Source: Candidatus Hodarchaeota archaeon (GTDB taxonomy: Archaea; Asgardarchaeota; Heimdallarchaeia; Hodarchaeales; Hodarchaeaceae). Taken from it: 34,297 bases of DNA. The notes beneath the pieces were generated by a model. The model was not told the origin of the DNA. It was given only the letters and a program-made list of their open reading frames with translations, and made no database searches. Below, one piece after another: positions 13,401-19,400 of the stretch. The first letter of the stretch is position 1. Each line of letters opens with the position of its first letter. The stretch lies in contig JAHQWW010000028.1 in assembly GCA_029856365.1 (NCBI GenBank), positions 1 to 34,297 on the forward strand, in the 5' to 3' direction. Position numbers and translations under genes: made by a program.

Positions 13401-16400
13401 TTCTCTCCTTTACTCGTGGCTGTTGAAGGGAGGATAATCTGATTTTCATAAGAAACCTGTTCCAAATCATTCTTGTACCAACGAATAATTGACCCAATTT
13501 CTGGATCTGAATCAAGATCACTATAAATATAACTCGCTGAAATATCATGGGTAGTTCCTGGATTATTAGGTATTATGGCTACTTCATTGGCAATTGGTGC
13601 TGTGTTGTCAATAGTTACATTGTTTTGGCTTCCTAACCAATCACCAAACTCTGTGCCATCAAAAGGGCGAATTTTGAAATGCCATACTTGTCCTTTAGTA
13701 GTATAACTAGCAAAAATTCTTGTTGACCCGTTCATAATACCTTGTAGAACCTCATTTTCGTACCAAAGGATTTCTATATTTATTTCGGGATCTCCATCTA
13801 CATCAGCATAATTATAACTTATCATAAGGTCATCTTCTGTCATAGGACTCCCAGGTATTATGAACAGATCACTTGTTGAGGGTGCTGTATTCACTATGGC
13901 AATAATAGAGGATGATTTCATATTACCATAGTTGGTGCCATCACTAGGTTGGATAGTAAAGTACCAAATTTCCCCCTTATTCGTATTTGCTGCGAAGATG
14001 GTAGTTTGGTTTTCGTAAACAATCTGTTCTTCCCCATTTTTATACCAGCGAATGTATGATCCAGTTTCAGGATCTGAATCAAGATCATTGAAAGTATAAC
14101 TAGCTGAAAGATCCTGCTCTGTTTTAGGGTTACCAGGTAATACAGACAATTCATTGACAAATGGGGGTGTATTTCCAATGGTAACATTAATTGTACTACC
14201 TAGCCACTCACCAAAATCAACTCCGTCTGATGGCCGAACCTTGCAATGCCAGATTTGTCCCTTGGCTGTAAGAATTGCAATTACAGTCATGGACCCGTTC
14301 AATGCTCCTTGTAATACCCCATCCTTGAACCAAATGATATTAGACCCACTTTCAACATCATTGGTGTCAAGATCAATCCAATAATATCTTACGCTTAATT
14401 CATTGGCAGTTTTGGGGTCTTCGGGGTTGATAACAAGACCCTCAATTGAAGGAACAGAGTTCCCAATCGTTAAATTGGTCGATACACCTGTGATATTGCC
14501 AAAGTCTGTCCCATCGCGAGGTCTTACCTTGGCATGCCAGATATCACCTTTTACTGTAGCTGCGGATGGGAGGGTCTGCAACCCATCATAATCATTCATA
14601 TGGACTCCATTACAGTACCAATAATATTTTGATCCAGATTCACTGTCTCCATCCTCATCAAAGAATGTCCAAATTACATTCAAATTATTACTTGTAGTGG
14701 GATTTTCAGGTGTTATGTACAAGAGCTTTGCTTCGGGTGGAGTATTTGGTGGTACTTCTATACTAACAGAGGGAGAAATCCCCCATTTGCTTAGATTTAT
14801 TCCATCGCTCACCTGAATAGTGAAATACCAAATATCTCCCGATATGGAACTACCATTATCTACTATTAATGAATCATTAAGTATTTCTTGAAGAATTCCA
14901 TTTTTGTACCAACAGATCCTTCGTGAGGTATTTTTTTGCACATCATTATCATAATCTGAATAAGAGTAAGAAACATGAAGATCAGAATCATTGGAAACTG
15001 GTGAACTTTCAAGAATTTTAACATCTGAGACTATAGGTGGAGTGTTATGGATTGTGACATTTATTAAACAGCCTATCCAGGAACTGAAATTATTGCCATC
15101 TGATGATCGAACTTTACAATGCCACACCTGCTCTCTATCAGTATAGCTTGTGGGAACATTCATTGAACCATTCAAAGTTCCTTGCAACATTCCATCTCTG
15201 TACCATAAGATTTCATAGCTAGATTCGAGATCTGAATCAACATCCGTGTATATATAGCTTACTTTAAGGTCTTGATTAGCTTGAGGTTTATTGGGGACTA
15301 TTAATAAACTATCAACAAGAGGAGCTGTGTTTTGGATCGTAATATTGTTTAAAACGCTAACCCACTCGCCATAGTCAGTACCATCTGACAGTCTGATCTT
15401 ACAATACCAGACCTCTCCTTTGGTAGTATAACTAGAAGAAACAATCATAGATCCGTTCAATGCTCCTTGCAATACCCCATCCTTGTACCACAAGACCTCG
15501 GTACTAATTTCAGGATCATTGTCAGGATCACTATAGGTATAATTAGTTGTAAGGTCATCCTCGGTCTTTGCACCGCTAGGCATCATGGTTAAATCACTGA
15601 TAGATGGCGCAGTGTTTGTTATAATGATAATTGGAGATATTTTTAGACTTCCAAAGTCTGTTCCATCGCTTGGTTGGATCGTAAAGTACCAGGTTTCCCC
15701 TTTGTTAGTAGCTGAGTTAGGAATGATGGTTTGATTTATATAGCTTGGTAGAAGATAGCCATTCTTGTACCAACGAATATAAGATCCATTTTCTTGGTCT
15801 CCATCAGGATCAACAAAGATATAGTTTGCTGTAAGATTATCTCCAGTTTTCGGATTATTTGGAGTTATGATAACACCACTTGCTGTAGGAGCAGTATTAC
15901 CAACAGTTATATTTATAGTAACACTTACCCATTCACCAAAGCATATCCCATCTGATGGACAAACCATACAATGCCATTCCTGCCCTTTAGCTGTAAATGT
16001 AGCTGGAACGAGAATAGAATCGTTTAAATCCTCTTGCAGCACGTCATCTTTGAACCAACGAATCATGGTTCTATTCTCAATATCTAAATCAGGATCTATA
16101 AAAGTGTAAATCACTATTAAATTGTCTTTTGTCGTAACATTCTCTGGTATTATAGCTAGCTCACTTATAGATGGTGCAGTATTACCAATGGTAACATTAT
16201 ATAGGACTTCCATCCAAATCCCGAAGTCAGAACCGTCTGATGGGCGAATTTTGTAATGCCAAACTTGGCCTTTAGTAGTATAACTAGCAGGGACAATCTC
16301 GGAATTATTAAGATCCTTTTGCAGGATACTATTTTGGTACCATAGGATTTCGGTACCACTCTCTGGATCATTATCAGGATCCATATAAGTATAATTTACT

Positions 16401-19400
16401 ATAAGATCATGACTAGATAATGGTTCAGTGGGCATTATTATTGGACTACTTGAAGTTGGTACCGTGTTTGTTATAATTACTGATGAAGATGTCTTGACAG
16501 TTCCATAATCAGCACCATCACAAGGATGAATGGTCAAGTACCAAATCTCCCCCTTATTTGTCATTTCTGCGGGGACAGTAGTTTTATTCTCATAACTGAG
16601 CTCTTCAGCACCATTCTTATACCAGCGAATTATTGATCCGTTTTCAGGATCACAATCAGGATCAGTATAAGTATACGTCATTATAAGATCGTCTCCAGTT
16701 TTTGGAGTATAAGGTGTTATGAACAGATCACTAATTGAGGGTTCTATGTTAATAACTGTTATATTACTTGAAACACTTATCCAGTCACTAAAGTCCATAC
16801 CATCATATAATTTAACTTTGAAATGCCAGACCTGTCCTTTAGCTGTGTGATTGGAACTAACATAGAGCGAATCGTTCAAATTGTCTTGTAGGACCCCATC
16901 TTTAAACCAAATGATATTTGTTTCGCATTCGGGGTCTGCATCATTGTCCTTGTAATAATAGGTTGCAAATAGAACATCTTCCGTGATGGGATTCATAGGA
17001 ATAATAGCTAAATCGCTAGCAGAAGGAGGTGTATTATTTATCGTAATATTATTTTGAACAATGGCCCACTGCCCAAAATCAGTACCATCTGATGGTCGTA
17101 GTTTATAATACCAGTCCTGTCCTTTTGCAGTGTAACTAGCCAGAACAGTTCTTGAACCGTTCAACATTCCTTGCAGTACTCCATCCTTGTACCATAGGAT
17201 CTCGGTTCCACTTTCCAGGTCTGAGTCAAGATCAGCATAAATATAACTTACTGTAAGGTTATCCCCTGTCTTAGGTTCATTAGGAATTATTATAAGATTG
17301 CTAACTGAAGGTTCAGTGTTCATAATTGTAACCGTTGAAGAAATCTTGGGAATCCCATAGTCGAAACTATCCCTAGGTTGAATTACAAAGTACCAGTTCT
17401 CCCCTCTGTTTGTTGCTATAGAAGGAATGGTAGTCTGGTTTTCATAAGTAGTTTGCTCCTCCCCATTTTTATACCACTGAATAAATGACCCACTTTCTAA
17501 ATCAGAGTCAGGATCTGTATAGCTATATGATGCAGAAAGCTCGTCACCAGATGTTGGCTCATTAGGGACTATAGTAAGATCAGCAACAAAGGGTGCTGTG
17601 TTTACAATCGTGATATTAATCGGAAGGTCAATCCACTCACCAAAATCCGTTCCATCTGATAGCTTAAGTTTGTAATGCCATTCTTGCCCTTTTAAGGTGT
17701 GACTCGCAGGAACAGTTATTGAACCATTCAGGATTCCTTGTAGTATACCATTCCTATACCAAAGGATTTCCATTCCACTTTCGGGGTCTGAGTCTGGATC
17801 TATGTAAGTATAACTCGCTATCAGGTCATCTACCACTTTTGGATTGATAGGAGTTATGATTAGGTCAATTGCGAAAGGCACAGTATTACCAATAGTAACA
17901 TTGGTTGAGATACTTATCCACTCACCAAAATCTGTCCCATCTGATGGGCGAACCTTGCAATGCCACACTTGTTCTTTCGCAGTATAAGTAACAGGAACAG
18001 TGTTTGAATAATTCAAACCTCCTTGTAACACCCCATTTTTGTACCAAAGGATTTCTGTCCCACTTTCGGGATCCGAATCAACATCAGCGTAGCTGTATAT
18101 TACCATTAATTCATTACCAGTCTTCGGCTCATTAGGCGTTATACTCAAATCACTGGCCGATGGTACCGTGTTCGCTATATTAATCATTGAAGAAGTTTTA
18201 AGATTACCATAGTTAATTCCATCACTGGGTAAAACTGTAAAGTACCAGTTCTCTCCCCTATTTGTAGCTGAGGGGGGGACAATAAGCTGATTTTCATACG
18301 CAGGTTGTACTATCCCATTTTTGTACCACAAAAGAATAGTCCCACTTTCTTGATCTCCATCAGAATCAATGAAGGTATAACTTGCCATTAGATCTTGATT
18401 TGTTTTCGGATTATTGGGAGCTAAATCAAGATTACTTGCTAAAGGGGCAGTATTAGCTATTGTCACAATAACTGATGTCACCCAATTGGAGTAATTAGTA
18501 CCATCGTGAACACGCATCGCAAAGAACCATTCTTCTCCATTAGTGGTCTCTTCAGAAGGGACAGATATTTGATCGTTGATAGAAACTACTAAATATCCAT
18601 TTTTATACCATCTTATCTGTCGATTGATTGTGTTTTCGTCATCATCGTCATAATCATAATAAGAGTAGATAGAAGACAAGACAGAATCAGTGGTTGGTAT
18701 ATCAGGAGCAATATAATAGTTTGAAAGTTCTGGGATTGAATTATACACAGTGATGTTTAAAGACCAGATTAGTTCACCAAAATTTTTACCATCCTTTGGT
18801 TGTACTGAAGCACACCAAACATCACCTTTGATCAGCGCATAAGCTGGAATCTGTTTCATATCATTATAAACTGGTTCGAAAACTGAGTTTTTGTACCAAC
18901 GAATTTCAGTACCTTCTTCACTATCGCCATCTTGGTCATAAAAATCATAATTCAAGGATAACGTATTGCAACTATGAAGAGGATCAGGGGAGAGAATCAA
19001 GTTAGAGGCAATAGGTGCTATGTTCACTTCACCTTGATGTTTACTTGAAGTGTAAGAGTTACCCGCGGTGTCATTAACAATGATTTCAAATAAAATAGTG
19101 CCTGCATTCATTTGAAGAGTGTCATTAATATACCCCGAAATTGTAGGTTTCATTGTAGCTGTCAAATCATTACGTGCTATTCCAGCGCACTGTGTTACAT
19201 TGACAAGTACGGAGTCTATTTCTCCCCAGGAATCGGTCACGTTGGCATTAAAGGTGCCAAAAGAACCGATATATCGATAATATTCCCAATCTAGCACATT
19301 AGGAAAAACTGTATCGTAATTGAAAGTTATATTTTTTACAATTGACCCCTCAGTCAAGTAATTACCTGAAGAATCAGTTGTATTGCAAATCTGATATTTA

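Noticed and set aside
3026-19024. Regularly recurring DNA motifs (e.g. CCATCTGATGG, TTTTTGTACCA) as a CRISPR array or non-coding repeat
   Set aside because: The spacing is ~285 nt and the motifs encode conserved PSDG and WYKN residues that vary at synonymous sites.
3026-19024. Giant array as a pure assembly artefact
   Set aside because: Units are strongly diverged from one another (the best pair found is ~94% over <200 nt) and the frame stays open for 20.6 kb. Long-read confirmation is still desirable.
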